Assembly: GCA_900320455.1 (NCBI GenBank) | Contig: ONSK01000070.1 | Location: 1-42,383 of the forward strand | DNA length: 42,383 nt | Source of the DNA: an uncultured Erysipelotrichaceae bacterium | GTDB taxonomy: Bacteria; Bacillota_I; Bacilli_A; Erysipelotrichales; Erysipelotrichaceae | Direction of reading: 5' to 3' | In this document: positions 6,911-16,876 of the stretch, piece after piece | How the letters are laid out: every line of letters starts with the position of its first letter | How positions within the stretch are numbered: the stretch's first letter is position 1 | Notes under the pieces: model-generated | The model's input: the letters and a program-made list of their open reading frames with translations, nothing else | Told to the model about the DNA's origin: nothing | The model's database searches: none | Made by a program: the position numbers and the translations under genes

Positions 6911-8674
6911 TTATTCAGCATTTTTCTTGGATGCGATTTCATCCAGCATCGCAGCCAGGAATTCATCGAGGGTCATCTTGACAGCCTCTTTTTTGCCATA
7001 GCGTCTGACAGTTACGCTGCGCTCAGCGATCTCGCCGTCGCCGACAACGATTTCCACCGGAATCTTGTTTGTCTGCGCTTCACGGATCCTGTATCCGAGC
7101 TTTTCGTTTCTCGCGTCAAGCTCAGCTCTGATGCCTCTGCTCTTGAGCAGACCGACAACTTCCTCAGCGTATGCGCCATGGGCTTCCGGAGAAACCGGAA
7201 TCACGACCATCTGGCGCGGTGAGAGCCACAGCGGCAGATTGCCCTTTGTTTCCTCAAGCAGGAATGCGATGAAGCGGTCAATGGAACCGAGGATTGCACG
7301 GTGAATGACAACCGGACGCGGCTTGGAACCGTCTTTGTCAACATACTCAAGCTCGAATCTTTCCGGCAGCTGATAGTCAAGCTGAATTGTGCTCAGTGTG
7401 ACATCATGGCCGAGAGCGCTTCTTACCTGAACGTCGATCTTCGGTCCGTAGAACGCTGCTTCGCCGATTGCCTCATAGAACGGTACACCCATTTCCTTCA
7501 GCACTTCTCTCAGCTCAGCTTCGCTTCTTGTCCAGAGATCATCATTTCCGAAGTACTTCTCACTGTTTTCCGGATCACGCAGTGAGAGACGGAAGGAATA
7601 GTTCTCAAAGCCGAAGTCCTTGTAGACATCGAGAATCAGCGCTGTGACGTTCTTGATTTCCTGCGCGATCTGATCAGGACGGCAGAAGATATGAGAGTCA
7701 TTCTGCGTGAATGCGCGGGAACGCTCGATACCGGTCAGTGCGCCGCCTGCCTCGAAACGGAAGTCATCGGCGATCTCGGCAATGCGCACCGGCAGATCAC
7801 GATAGGAATGCAGCGTGCTGCGGAACATGATCATGTGTTCCGGGCAGTTCATCGGTCTCAGGCAGTATTCGTCATTGTCACGTTCCATGATTGGGAACAT
7901 GTCATCCTTGTAGTGAGCAAGATGGCCGGAGATCTTGTACAGCTTCGTGCTGACGACAACCGGTGTCTTGACATGAACATATCCCTGGGCAAGTTCCTTG
8001 TCCATGATATAGTCAGACAGCGCTCTTCTCATCTGCAGACCGTTCGGCAGCCACATCGGCAGACCGCTTCCGACTGTCTCGGAGAACATGAATACCTGCA
8101 TCTCCTTGCCGAGCTTTCTGTGATCTCTCATCTTGGCATCTTCAAGATCCGCAAGATGGGCATCCAGCTCTTCCTGTGTAGGCAGGCAGACACCGTAGAT
8201 TCTCTGCAGAACCTTGTTGTTCCTGTCGCCCTTCCAGTACGCGCCGGAATGCTTCAGAAGCTTGAAGAAACGGCACATCTTCGTATTGTCCACATGGGGA
8301 CCGCGGCAGAGATCCGTGAAATCACCCTGTGTATACATGGAGATGTTTGTGCCTTCCGGCATACGTTCGATCAAATCGACCTTGTACGGGTCATCCTTGA
8401 ACTGTTCCAGTGCTTCTTCCTTTGTGATCTCATGACGGACGATCTTCTTGGCGTCCTTGGCGCACTTCTTCATCTCTTTTTCGATCTTGGCAAGATCCTC
8501 GTCACGGATGACATCATCACCGAGGTCAATGTCGTAGTAGAATCCTTCTTCAACAACCGGACCTACCCAGAACTTCGCCTGCGGATACAGATGCTTGACA
8601 GCCTGGGCCATCAGATGAGCACAGCTGTGGTTCAGCGTATTCAGCTCTTCGTTTTCTTTGAAATTGATCATCAT
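6911..8674 (-). CDS. thrS: Threonyl-tRNA synthetase (short form without N-terminal TGS domain)
   Basis: LNHSCAH editing motif, DLCRGPH, RDHRKLG, LRPMNCP, FRFE, AAFYGPKID, IHRAILGSIDRF and an anticodon-binding domain; the start may be the second ATG at 8671. Confidence 0.98.
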   Translation of the reverse strand: MMINFKENEELNTLNHSCAHLMAQAVKHLYPQAKFWVGPVVEEGFYYDIDLGDDVIRDEDLAKIEKEMKKCAKDAKKIVRHEITKEEALEQFKDDPYKVDLIERMPEGTNISMYTQGDFTDLCRGPHVDNTKMCRFFKLLKHSGAYWKGDRNNKVLQRIYGVCLPTQEELDAHLADLEDAKMRDHRKLGKEMQVFMFSETVGSGLPMWLPNGLQMRRALSDYIMDKELAQGYVHVKTPVVVSTKLYKISGHLAHYKDDMFPIMERDNDEYCLRPMNCPEHMIMFRSTLHSYRDLPVRIAEIADDFRFEAGGALTGIERSRAFTQNDSHIFCRPDQIAQEIKNVTALILDVYKDFGFENYSFRLSLRDPENSEKYFGNDDLWTRSEAELREVLKEMGVPFYEAIGEAAFYGPKIDVQVRSALGHDVTLSTIQLDYQLPERFELEYVDKDGSKPRPVVIHRAILGSIDRFIAFLLEETKGNLPLWLSPRQMVVIPVSPEAHGAYAEEVVGLLKSRGIRAELDARNEKLGYRIREAQTNKIPVEIVVGDGEIAERSVTVRRYGKKEAVKMTLDEFLAAMLDEIASKKNAE

Positions 8675-8691
8675 TTCCTCCCGTTAAATAT

Positions 8692-8905
8692 AAAAGCGTC
8701 CTTTGACTGAAAGGACGCTTGTCGCGCGGTACCACCTTACTTCCAGTGCGTATTGCACTGACACCTCATTCATCCTTAACGCGGATCACGGCATTCCCTT
8801 TCGGGTGCAGCTCCGGGGTAGTAGCTGTAACGTTCCTCACTGTCCTTTCACCATCCGGACAGCTCTCTGATCGGTGCGGCTCAGCCGTGTCCCCTTCAAA
8901 GCATT
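8692..8905 (-). ncRNA. T-box riboswitch (Thr specifier) upstream of thrS
   Basis: Minus strand: stem I with GAAGGGGAC, AGAGA and GGTGAAAG; specifier region ACU-A-CCCC (ACU or ACC, both Thr); T-box AAGGTGGTACCGCG at 8738-8725; terminator AAGCGTCCTTT/AAAGGACGCTTTT at 8720-8692. Confidence 0.93.
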
Positions 8906-8913
8906 TCTATTAT

Positions 8914-8942
8914 GTTATACATTTGCGCGTTATTGTTGTCAA
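8914..8942 (-). promoter_or_regulatory. sigmaA promoter of T-box-thrS
   Basis: TTGACA (8942-8937), 17-nt spacer, TATAAC (8919-8914). Confidence 0.85.
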
Positions 8943-8955
8943 TCTGTTTCGGGCT

Positions 8956-11900
8956 TCAGAACAGCGACATCTGGTTGCTTTCCTGCAGTCCCTTCACCGC
9001 TCCGATCGCTTCCATCTTCTTCAGAAGCGTCGCGCTGAGCTGGGTGCGCTTCAGAATGTCCTCCAGGGACAGGAATTCCGCTTTGGAGCGTGCTTCCTCG
9101 ATGGATCTTGCGACGTTGGCGCCGAGTCCGTCAATGACGGTAAACGGCGGAATGATCACGTGGTTGTTTTCCGGATCAACCGAGAACTGCGTCGCCTTCG
9201 ATCTGTTCAGATCAACGTTGGCAATGGAGTAGCCTCTTGCGTACATCTCCTCGCATACTTCCAGCGTATCAAACAGCGCCTTCTCCTTGTTGGAGACAGG
9301 AACCGCTGCATTTCTGTCAGCCATGCGGAGCTGAATGTCCTTCATGCGCATGCGCACCGCTTCAATACCCTTTGTCATCGTCTCAATTTCATACGCGTCA
9401 CAGCGCAGCGACAGATACTGGACATAGAAGTTGTGCGGTTCATGTACCTTGTACCAGGCAATGCGCACCGCCATCATAACGTAGGCAACAGCATGGGCCT
9501 TCGGGAACATGTACTTGATCTTCTTGCACGATTCAATATACCATTCCGGCACATTGCACTGCTTCATCAGATCTTCCTGATCCTGGCGCAGTCCTCTTCC
9601 CTTACGGACGTCCTCCATGATCTTGAAGGAACTCAGAGGATCCATATTCTTGTCCAGAAGATAGGTCATGATATCGTCACGGCATCCGATGACTTCGCTC
9701 AGCGGATGTCCCTGCCGAACAAGCTCCTGGGCGTTGCCGCTCCAGACGTCAGTACCGTGGGAAAGACCTGAGATAATGACGAGATCTGAGAACTGATGCG
9801 GTCTTGTCTCTTCCAGAACGCGTCTTGTCGTCCTGGTGCCGAATTCCGGCAGACCAAGGGCGCCTGTCTCCTGCTTGTAGATCTTCGGATCTGCCTTCAG
9901 CGCGTCATCGCAGTAAAACAGACTCAGCGTCTCGGGATCATTCATCGGAATGTCCATCGGCTTTCTGTCCGCGATGTTCTGCAGCATACGCATCGCCGTC
10001 GGATCAACGTGACCGAGGATATCGAATTTCAGGACATTGTCATGAATGTCATGGAAGTCGTAATGGGTTGTCTTCCACTCGGAAGACGGATCGTTTGCCG
10101 GATACTGCACAGGCGTGAAGTCTTCGGCGTCATATTCATCCGGAATGATAATGATACCGCCCGGATGCTGACCGGTCGTGCGCTTGACATCACGGCATCC
10201 TGCCGCGAGGTAATCCTTCATCGGCTTGCGCATGTCGGTGATATTCATTTTTTCGCAGTAGCCGCTGACGTAGCCATAGGCTGTCTTTTCGGCGACGGTG
10301 CCGATGGTTCCGGCACGGAAGGCATGATCTTCTCCGAATACTTCCTTGATGAACGCATGGGCGCGCCACTGGTATTCGTTGGAGAAGTTCAGGTCAATAT
10401 CAGGCGTCTTGTCGGCATTGAAGCCAAGGAAGGTCTGGAACGGAATGTTCTGACCGGTTCCCTTCATGATCGCGTGGCAGTGCGGACATTCCTTGTCCGG
10501 CAGGTCAAATCCCGATTTGACATCCGGTGATTCGATCCATTCACTGTATCTGCACTTCGGACAGAGATAATGCGGACGCAGCGGATTGACCTCGGTGACA
10601 CCGGACATTGTCGCGGTAAAGGAGGATCCGACAGATCCACGTGAACCGACAACGTAACCGTCATCATTTGATTTCTTGACAAGCAGATGCGCGATGTAAT
10701 AGTGCACGCCGAAACCGTTGCGGATGATGTTGTCGAGCTCTTCATCAAGTCTGTCTGTGACAATGGAAGGAATCTCGCCGTTGAACTCATACATTCTGCG
10801 GGCTGTATCATGGCAGAGCTCACGCAGCTTGTCATCTGAGCCTTCAATATGCGGCGGGAATGTGCCGGCAGGCACCGGACGCACTTCCTCGATCTGTTCG
10901 AACAGCTTCTTCGGATTTTCAATCACGATCCTGCGGACCAGATCCGTATCTTCCAGCCAGGAGAACTCCTGCATCATCTCATTCGTCAGACGGATGTGCT
11001 GATCAGGATTCTTCGTCCGCCAGCGCAGAGCGTCATCACGGATGTACAGCGGATGGGTAACACCGCCGACACCCTGACTCATGATATAGACGTCACGGAA
11101 GATCTTCTGTTCCTTGCGGCAGTAATGCGCGTCGCTGTCTGCGATGACAGGAATGCCGAGTTCTTCCGCGGTATCGATGATGCGGCGGATCACCTCTTTC
11201 AGCCTCTTCAGCGACGGCACGTTGCCAAGCGCCAGGAACACGCTGAAATTGGCGAGCGGCTGCACTTCAATGTAGTCATAGAACTTCATCGCCTGTCTCA
11301 GTCTTGCGTCATCGCCGTTGCAGGCAAGTTCAAACACTTCGCCATTCAGGCATGCGCTGCCGACAAGCAGGTTCTTTCTCTTCTTCATCAGCGAGCTGCG
11401 CAGGACTCTCGGCTCGGCGGAAACGTCTGTTCCCTCCTTGCCGGAAGCCTTGCCCATGACCGCCAGCGTCTTTGTATTGGACTCTGTCACAAGCGTGTAC
11501 AGATCATGCAGGCCGTCGTGATTCTTCGCGACGACACAGGCATGGGAACGTCTGATCTTCATGAAGGATGTCTCATCCTGAAGCTTCTCCTGCAGATCGC
11601 GGATCGTCACGGCGTTCATCTTCTGCTCGGCATCACGCATCAGGCACAGGAATACCTGGGACAGCACTTCGGCATCATAATCCGCGCGGTGCGCCACTTC
11701 CTCATCATACTGGACGTGGTAATTGCGGCAGATATTGCCCAGTCTGTATGCCCTTCTTTCCTTCAGTACGGCATGTGCCATATCGAGGGTATCGATGACG
11801 GTATTCGTTAACGGCGGACGGCCGATTCTTCTCAGTTCCTCATTCAGGAAATAGTAATCGAATGTCGCATTATGCGCCACCAGGATTCCATCCCCGATCC

Positions 11901-13317
11901 ACTCAAGGATCTCATCGCATGCCTCTGCGAAGCTTTTCGCGTTCTTCACCATCTCATTTGTGATATTCGTCTTGGAGGAGATGAATGCCGGAATCGGAAC
12001 CGGCGGCTTGATGAACATCTGCTTGCGGTCAATGACCGCCTGGTCTTTGATCTTGACGGCACCGAATTCAATGATGTGATCGTATTTCGCGGAAAGACCT
12101 GTTGTTTCAAGGTCAAAGGAAATATAGACCGCATCCTTCCAGTTCATGTCGCAGGCATTTCTGACGATGCATAAACTGTCATTTGTCAGGTTGATCTCAC
12201 AGCCGAGTCCGACCTTGAAGCTTCTGTCAGGATCCTTCTTCTTGCAGGCCTGGGCGGCATTGTAGGCTTTGACGAATGACTGCACGTCGGCGTGGTCGGT
12301 AATAACGATACCCTCATGGCCAAGACCGTAGACATAATTGACGATCTCCTTGACCTCGCAGACGGCATCCATTTCCGACATGTTTGTATGAACGTGGAAT
12401 TCAATTCTCTTTTCTTCCGCGTCATCTTTGATCTTTTCTTTTTCCAGCTTTTCAATGACAGAAGGAACACAGACAAGGTCTCTGACAAAGTTGTCATAGT
12501 CGATGCGTCCGAAGATGCGGACTCTGTCTCCCTCATGGATCTCATCCAGTTCTTCCCTGGTGATGCCGCGGCCTTCAAAACGCTTGGCTGTGATGGCATC
12601 CGTGCCGTCAAAGAGGGAAAGCGTCTGAATCATCTTATGTGTCTTGCGCATCTCTGTCATTTCCACGGCAAATACATCCGCTTCAAAGCAGATATCAGCG
12701 ACAGGATCATGAACGTCCTTCAGTTCGATCTTCGCGTAGTCATCCAGCTTGGTGCGGTAATATGTCTTCTTCTGTTTCCGTTCCGGCTTTTCTTCCGGCG
12801 CTTTTTCAGGAATGAACGGAACCTTGACATCAATGATCTCCTCCTGATGCTTTTCCGTCATCTCACAGACGACAGACCGGATTCCGATGCCTGCTTTTTC
12901 CAGCGCTTCCTTCACGCCTTCCGCGCACATCGATGCTCTTTCTCTGGAAAGATCATTCTGGAACATGTAGCGCAGCAGTCCCTTTTCCCCTTCATAGATC
13001 AGCACGCCGTCATTCATGACGGAATACTCCGGATCTTCCTCCATCAGCATGTCCAGGTACTTTCTCAGCTCATGCTGGGTCACTGTTCCGTCTTCCGTCT
13101 CAACGGAAATCCTGATCTCACTGCCTGTCAGTTCCTTCAGTCCGTCTTTCAATGAACAGTAGTCTTCGCAGGGAAATACATTCCTGTTTTTCAGACTGAG
13201 CTCCAGTCTGTTATCAGCACGAAAAAAACGGACGCTCTTCAGGACAGTCTCCGAGAAACAGTCCTGCAGTTCCATCTTTCCGTGATTCAGTTTTTCTTTC
13301 AGCAATGTCTCTTTCAT
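8956..13317 (-). CDS. polC: DNA polymerase III PolC-type
   Basis: PHP domain (EFHVHTNMSEMD, TDH), embedded exonuclease (FDLETTG, HRADYD), VGSRGSVGSS, PDIDLNFS, KFDILGH and KIKYMFPKAHA. Confidence 0.99.
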   Translation of the reverse strand: MKETLLKEKLNHGKMELQDCFSETVLKSVRFFRADNRLELSLKNRNVFPCEDYCSLKDGLKELTGSEIRISVETEDGTVTQHELRKYLDMLMEEDPEYSVMNDGVLIYEGEKGLLRYMFQNDLSRERASMCAEGVKEALEKAGIGIRSVVCEMTEKHQEEIIDVKVPFIPEKAPEEKPERKQKKTYYRTKLDDYAKIELKDVHDPVADICFEADVFAVEMTEMRKTHKMIQTLSLFDGTDAITAKRFEGRGITREELDEIHEGDRVRIFGRIDYDNFVRDLVCVPSVIEKLEKEKIKDDAEEKRIEFHVHTNMSEMDAVCEVKEIVNYVYGLGHEGIVITDHADVQSFVKAYNAAQACKKKDPDRSFKVGLGCEINLTNDSLCIVRNACDMNWKDAVYISFDLETTGLSAKYDHIIEFGAVKIKDQAVIDRKQMFIKPPVPIPAFISSKTNITNEMVKNAKSFAEACDEILEWIGDGILVAHNATFDYYFLNEELRRIGRPPLTNTVIDTLDMAHAVLKERRAYRLGNICRNYHVQYDEEVAHRADYDAEVLSQVFLCLMRDAEQKMNAVTIRDLQEKLQDETSFMKIRRSHACVVAKNHDGLHDLYTLVTESNTKTLAVMGKASGKEGTDVSAEPRVLRSSLMKKRKNLLVGSACLNGEVFELACNGDDARLRQAMKFYDYIEVQPLANFSVFLALGNVPSLKRLKEVIRRIIDTAEELGIPVIADSDAHYCRKEQKIFRDVYIMSQGVGGVTHPLYIRDDALRWRTKNPDQHIRLTNEMMQEFSWLEDTDLVRRIVIENPKKLFEQIEEVRPVPAGTFPPHIEGSDDKLRELCHDTARRMYEFNGEIPSIVTDRLDEELDNIIRNGFGVHYYIAHLLVKKSNDDGYVVGSRGSVGSSFTATMSGVTEVNPLRPHYLCPKCRYSEWIESPDVKSGFDLPDKECPHCHAIMKGTGQNIPFQTFLGFNADKTPDIDLNFSNEYQWRAHAFIKEVFGEDHAFRAGTIGTVAEKTAYGYVSGYCEKMNITDMRKPMKDYLAAGCRDVKRTTGQHPGGIIIIPDEYDAEDFTPVQYPANDPSSEWKTTHYDFHDIHDNVLKFDILGHVDPTAMRMLQNIADRKPMDIPMNDPETLSLFYCDDALKADPKIYKQETGALGLPEFGTRTTRRVLEETRPHQFSDLVIISGLSHGTDVWSGNAQELVRQGHPLSEVIGCRDDIMTYLLDKNMDPLSSFKIMEDVRKGRGLRQDQEDLMKQCNVPEWYIESCKKIKYMFPKAHAVAYVMMAVRIAWYKVHEPHNFYVQYLSLRCDAYEIETMTKGIEAVRMRMKDIQLRMADRNAAVPVSNKEKALFDTLEVCEEMYARGYSIANVDLNRSKATQFSVDPENNHVIIPPFTVIDGLGANVARSIEEARSKAEFLSLEDILKRTQLSATLLKKMEAIGAVKGLQESNQMSLF

Positions 13318-13347
13318 GTGAACACTATCATATCACAAACATGGCGC

Positions 13348-13383
13348 AAAAAAAGGAAAAGCCGTCACCTCATGACGGCTCTC
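13348..13383 (-). terminator. Intrinsic terminator after the DUF853 gene
   Basis: AGCCGTCA-TGAGG-TGACGGCT followed by TTTCCTTTTTTT. Confidence 0.8.
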
Positions 13384-13389
13384 TTGTAC

Positions 13390-14892
13390 TCATTTCAGGA
13401 ATTTCTTCAGAAGCTTCTTGGCGGATCTTGCGGCATAGTTGAGGATTTCATTTTCAACCTTGTTCGTCACTTTCCGCTTCAGACGGTCTTTTTCACGCTC
13501 TGCCTTTGCGGCTTCCCTTGCTTCTTCCTTCTCCCTGGCAGCCTGTTCCTTGGCAGCGAGTTTTTCTTCCTCGATTCTTCTCTTTTCCGCTTCCTCGAGG
13601 GCGGCTTCCTGCTGTCTTACACTCTCAAGATCCTCATAGGCACTGTCAGGATCGACATCTCTTTCGTACTTGCCGAAGAGAGAATCATTCTGCCAGCATC
13701 TTGTGCGGTTTTCTTCCGGCGCGATTTCCATGCTGGACTTCGGCGGCAGGATCTTTGTATGTTCAACGATGCACGGAGCACCGTCTTCATCAAGAACGGA
13801 TACCAGCGCGTAGCCTGTTTTCATGTTTGTGATCAGCTCGCTCTCATCGAGATCCGGGTTGTCACGGAAGCTTTCAGCTGCCTGCTTTGTGGCTTTGATT
13901 TCCGCCGGCGTATAGGCGCGCAGGGAATGCTGAATGCGGTTGGAAAGCTGGGCGAGAACGGAGGAAGGAATATCCGCCGGACTCTGTGTGACGAAGAAGA
14001 CACCGACGCCCTTGGAACGGACCAGCTTGACAATCTGCACGATCTTGTCGAGCAGCTGTCCGGAAGCGTTGGAGAATAACAGATGCGCTTCATCAAAGAA
14101 GAACACGATCTTCGGCTTCTCAAGGTCGCCGACTTCCGGCAGTTCCTTGTACAGCTTGTCAAGCAGCCATAAAAGGAATGTGGAATACAGCATCGGATGC
14201 TGGAACAGCTCTTCGCATTCCATCATGTTCATGATGCCCATGCCGCCTTCTGTTGTCATCCAGTCATCGATATCCAGGGAAGGAAGACCGAACATCAGAT
14301 CACCCTGCTGATTTTCCAGCTCAAGCAGCTTGCGCTGAATGCCGCCGGCACTCTGCTTGGAGATATTTCCGTACTTCAGTGTGAGATCCGAGGAATGTTC
14401 ACCGACGTATGTCACCATCGCCTGCAGATCCTTCAGATCATAGATGGCAAGATCCATGTCTTTCGCGACACGGAAGATGATGTTCAGAACGCCCTGCTGC
14501 GCTTCTGTCAGATCGAGAATTCTGCTCACAAGGAGCGGATCCATCTGTTCAATGACGGCTCTCACCGGATGTCCGGCTTTGCGGTAAAGATCAAAGAAAT
14601 GCACAGGATACTTTCTGACATCATACGGATCGGTGATGTTCATGGAATCCAGTCTGCCCTGGATGCCTTCCTGGTTACCGGGGACGATCATACCTGTCAG
14701 ATCGCCTTTGACGTCGGCGATGAATGTCGGCACGCCGAGTTCACTCAGCGATTCGGCAATCACCTTGAGGGTGACTGTTTTACCGGTGCCGCTGGCGCCG
14801 GCGATGAGTCCGTGACGGTTCATCTGTCTGGGAATCAGGCAGATTTCCTTGTCTCCGGCTTTTCCAATCAGGATCTTTCCGTCTTTCAGCAT
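13390..14892 (-). CDS. DUF853/YjgR family HerA-like P-loop ATPase
   Basis: NRHGLIAGASGTGKT, ADVKGDL, LPEVGD.EKPKIVFFFDEAHLLF, RSKGVG.FFVTQSP and NRIQHSLRAYTP; charged coiled-coil C-terminus. Confidence 0.9.
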   Translation of the reverse strand: MLKDGKILIGKAGDKEICLIPRQMNRHGLIAGASGTGKTVTLKVIAESLSELGVPTFIADVKGDLTGMIVPGNQEGIQGRLDSMNITDPYDVRKYPVHFFDLYRKAGHPVRAVIEQMDPLLVSRILDLTEAQQGVLNIIFRVAKDMDLAIYDLKDLQAMVTYVGEHSSDLTLKYGNISKQSAGGIQRKLLELENQQGDLMFGLPSLDIDDWMTTEGGMGIMNMMECEELFQHPMLYSTFLLWLLDKLYKELPEVGDLEKPKIVFFFDEAHLLFSNASGQLLDKIVQIVKLVRSKGVGVFFVTQSPADIPSSVLAQLSNRIQHSLRAYTPAEIKATKQAAESFRDNPDLDESELITNMKTGYALVSVLDEDGAPCIVEHTKILPPKSSMEIAPEENRTRCWQNDSLFGKYERDVDPDSAYEDLESVRQQEAALEEAEKRRIEEEKLAAKEQAAREKEEAREAAKAEREKDRLKRKVTNKVENEILNYAARSAKKLLKKFLK

Positions 14893-14905
14893 ATTCTCTC
14901 TCCTA

Positions 14906-16180
14906 TCACATCATACGGATACCGCCGCAGTCTCTGATCTTCAGAATATAGCAGCAGTCTTTGTCAAAAACGCTTTCCATGGCTGCGATGTATTTCTCTG
15001 TCAGTTCATGGGGAACATAGGCCTGGATGGTTCCGGCGAATCCGCCGCCGTGGACACGGAACGCGCCGCGTCCTTCGAGAACCGCATCGCTCAGGCTGAG
15101 GGCGAGACCGACCGGCTGTTCACGCACCGCGCCGGGCACATTGATGTTCTGCAGATACATGTATGAGGATCTGCCGGATTCATTGACGATATCCAGGAAG
15201 GAAGCGATGTCGCCTCTCTCCATCGCCGATGCAAGAGCTCCGGCTCTTTCTGTTTCCTTCAGGAAGTGGAACGCTCTCATCAATGCCCGGTCGCCGCATT
15301 TCTCACGGATCTCTGCCGCATTTGCGAGCAGATCACTCAGCGTGCAGCGTGAGAGGACTTCTTCATGCATCACAGCGGCTGCCGCTTTCATTTCGGCAGG
15401 AACAGCTGCGTATTCATCAGAGAGCTCGGCGTGGGAAGCACGGACATCCGTCAGGATCAGATCATATCCGAACTCACCCGGATCAAAGCCGATGCGTCTT
15501 ACTTTCGGTGCGTCCTTTTCATAGAAGTCGATTGCCGTGAAGCTTCCTTCAGCGCATGCCATCTGATCGAGCAGTCCGCACGGTTTCATGAAATACACAT
15601 TCTCGGCGTACTGGCCGTTCTTCGCGATTTCTTCCGGCGTGATCTTTCCGCCGTTGTACAGATCATTGAGAATGGTGCCAAGCAGCACTTCGAATGCCGC
15701 GCTGCTGCTCATGCCGCCGCCGGGAAGCACATTGCTTTCAGCGTATGCCATGAATCCGCCGATGCCGTATCCCATCCTGTTCAGACCGGCTGCTGTGCCT
15801 CTGATCAGCGCTTCCGTCGTATTCTTCTCATCCTCATGGATCGAAAGATCCTTGAGATCGACAGGTTTCACGCTGAAGCCTTTGGAAGCGTAGCGGATGA
15901 TATGATCATCGGAAGGAATGACAACTGCGGCCACATCGAGATCGATGCTGGCTGCGACAACTCTGCCGAGCTGATGGTCGGTATGGTTGCCGCCGACCTC
16001 CGTTCTGCCGGGAGCGCTGAAGAGCATCGCCTCCCTGTCGCCGAACAGAGCCTGTCCCTTTTCCATGATGGAAATGTATCTTTCCTGCTGGGCAGCGACA
16101 CTTTCCGCTCCGTACAGTCTTTCCAGCATACTGTCAAGCCTGCCGTTTCTGACTTCTGTAATCATTTCACTGATGCGCAT
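14906..16180 (-). CDS. galK: Galactokinase-like GHMP kinase
   Basis: APGRTEVGGNHTDHQ, PGGGMSSSAA, CGLLDQ and RVHGGGFAG; substrate not established. Confidence 0.75.
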   Translation of the reverse strand: MRISEMITEVRNGRLDSMLERLYGAESVAAQQERYISIMEKGQALFGDREAMLFSAPGRTEVGGNHTDHQLGRVVAASIDLDVAAVVIPSDDHIIRYASKGFSVKPVDLKDLSIHEDEKNTTEALIRGTAAGLNRMGYGIGGFMAYAESNVLPGGGMSSSAAFEVLLGTILNDLYNGGKITPEEIAKNGQYAENVYFMKPCGLLDQMACAEGSFTAIDFYEKDAPKVRRIGFDPGEFGYDLILTDVRASHAELSDEYAAVPAEMKAAAAVMHEEVLSRCTLSDLLANAAEIREKCGDRALMRAFHFLKETERAGALASAMERGDIASFLDIVNESGRSSYMYLQNINVPGAVREQPVGLALSLSDAVLEGRGAFRVHGGGFAGTIQAYVPHELTEKYIAAMESVFDKDCCYILKIRDCGGIRMM

Positions 16181-16192
16181 GTTGGTGTCCTC

Positions 16193-16864
16193 CTATTTCG
16201 CCATTTTCTCAAATGCGTTTCTTGCGGCATTCTGTTCCGCCTGCTTTTTTGACGGACCGCTACCGGTGCCCATGATCAGACCATCCACAACCGCGTTCAT
16301 GACAAATTCCGGAGCATTTGACGGACCGCTTGAAGATACCAGTTCGTAATGAACGGTGCGGCGGCTGTCTGCCTGGACATATTCCTGCAGTTTTGTCTTG
16401 TAATCAAAGACGCCTGAGAATTCCGGATGATTGATCTTCGGTGTGATCACTTCGCTGAGGATCTGATCGACAGGTTCCATTCCCTGATCAAGAAACAGAG
16501 CGCCGAGGAATGCTTCAAACATATCGGCGACGATCGCATCCTTGTTGCGGCCGCCGGTTTTCTCTTCGCCGGCGCCGAGCAGAAGGAATTCATTCAGCTT
16601 CAGCTCACGGCCGTAAATTGCCAGCGCCTTTTCACAGACAAGCTGCGCTCTGAGTCTTGTCATTTCTCCTTCGCTGAGATTCAGCGGGAAGATCGCGTTG
16701 GAACTCCACAGCTGCAGGACAGCGTCTCCCATGAACTCCAGACGTTCGTTGTTCGAGACACCGTTGTGCTCATGGGCATAGGAAGAATGCATGAATGCCT
16801 GCCGGATCATCTTCCGGTTAGTGACATGTATATTTCTGGCTTCAAGCCAGCCGATGATATCCAT
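16193..16864 (-). CDS. rnc: Ribonuclease III
   Basis: NERLEFMGDAVL signature, ADMFEAFLGA and C-terminal dsRBD. Confidence 0.98.
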   Translation of the reverse strand: MDIIGWLEARNIHVTNRKMIRQAFMHSSYAHEHNGVSNNERLEFMGDAVLQLWSSNAIFPLNLSEGEMTRLRAQLVCEKALAIYGRELKLNEFLLLGAGEEKTGGRNKDAIVADMFEAFLGALFLDQGMEPVDQILSEVITPKINHPEFSGVFDYKTKLQEYVQADSRRTVHYELVSSSGPSNAPEFVMNAVVDGLIMGTGSGPSKKQAEQNAARNAFEKMAK

Positions 16865-16876
16865 TTTAAAACCCCC

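Noticed and set aside
8956-13317. Possible intein or intron in polC (also checked lon and recG)
   Set aside because: Lengths are normal for the families and no splicing or homing-endonuclease motifs were seen.
13390-14892. DUF853 ATPase as part of a HerA-type defence or conjugation system
   Set aside because: No adjacent NurA, Sir2, nuclease or T4SS genes; the motifs fit the widespread YjgR family.
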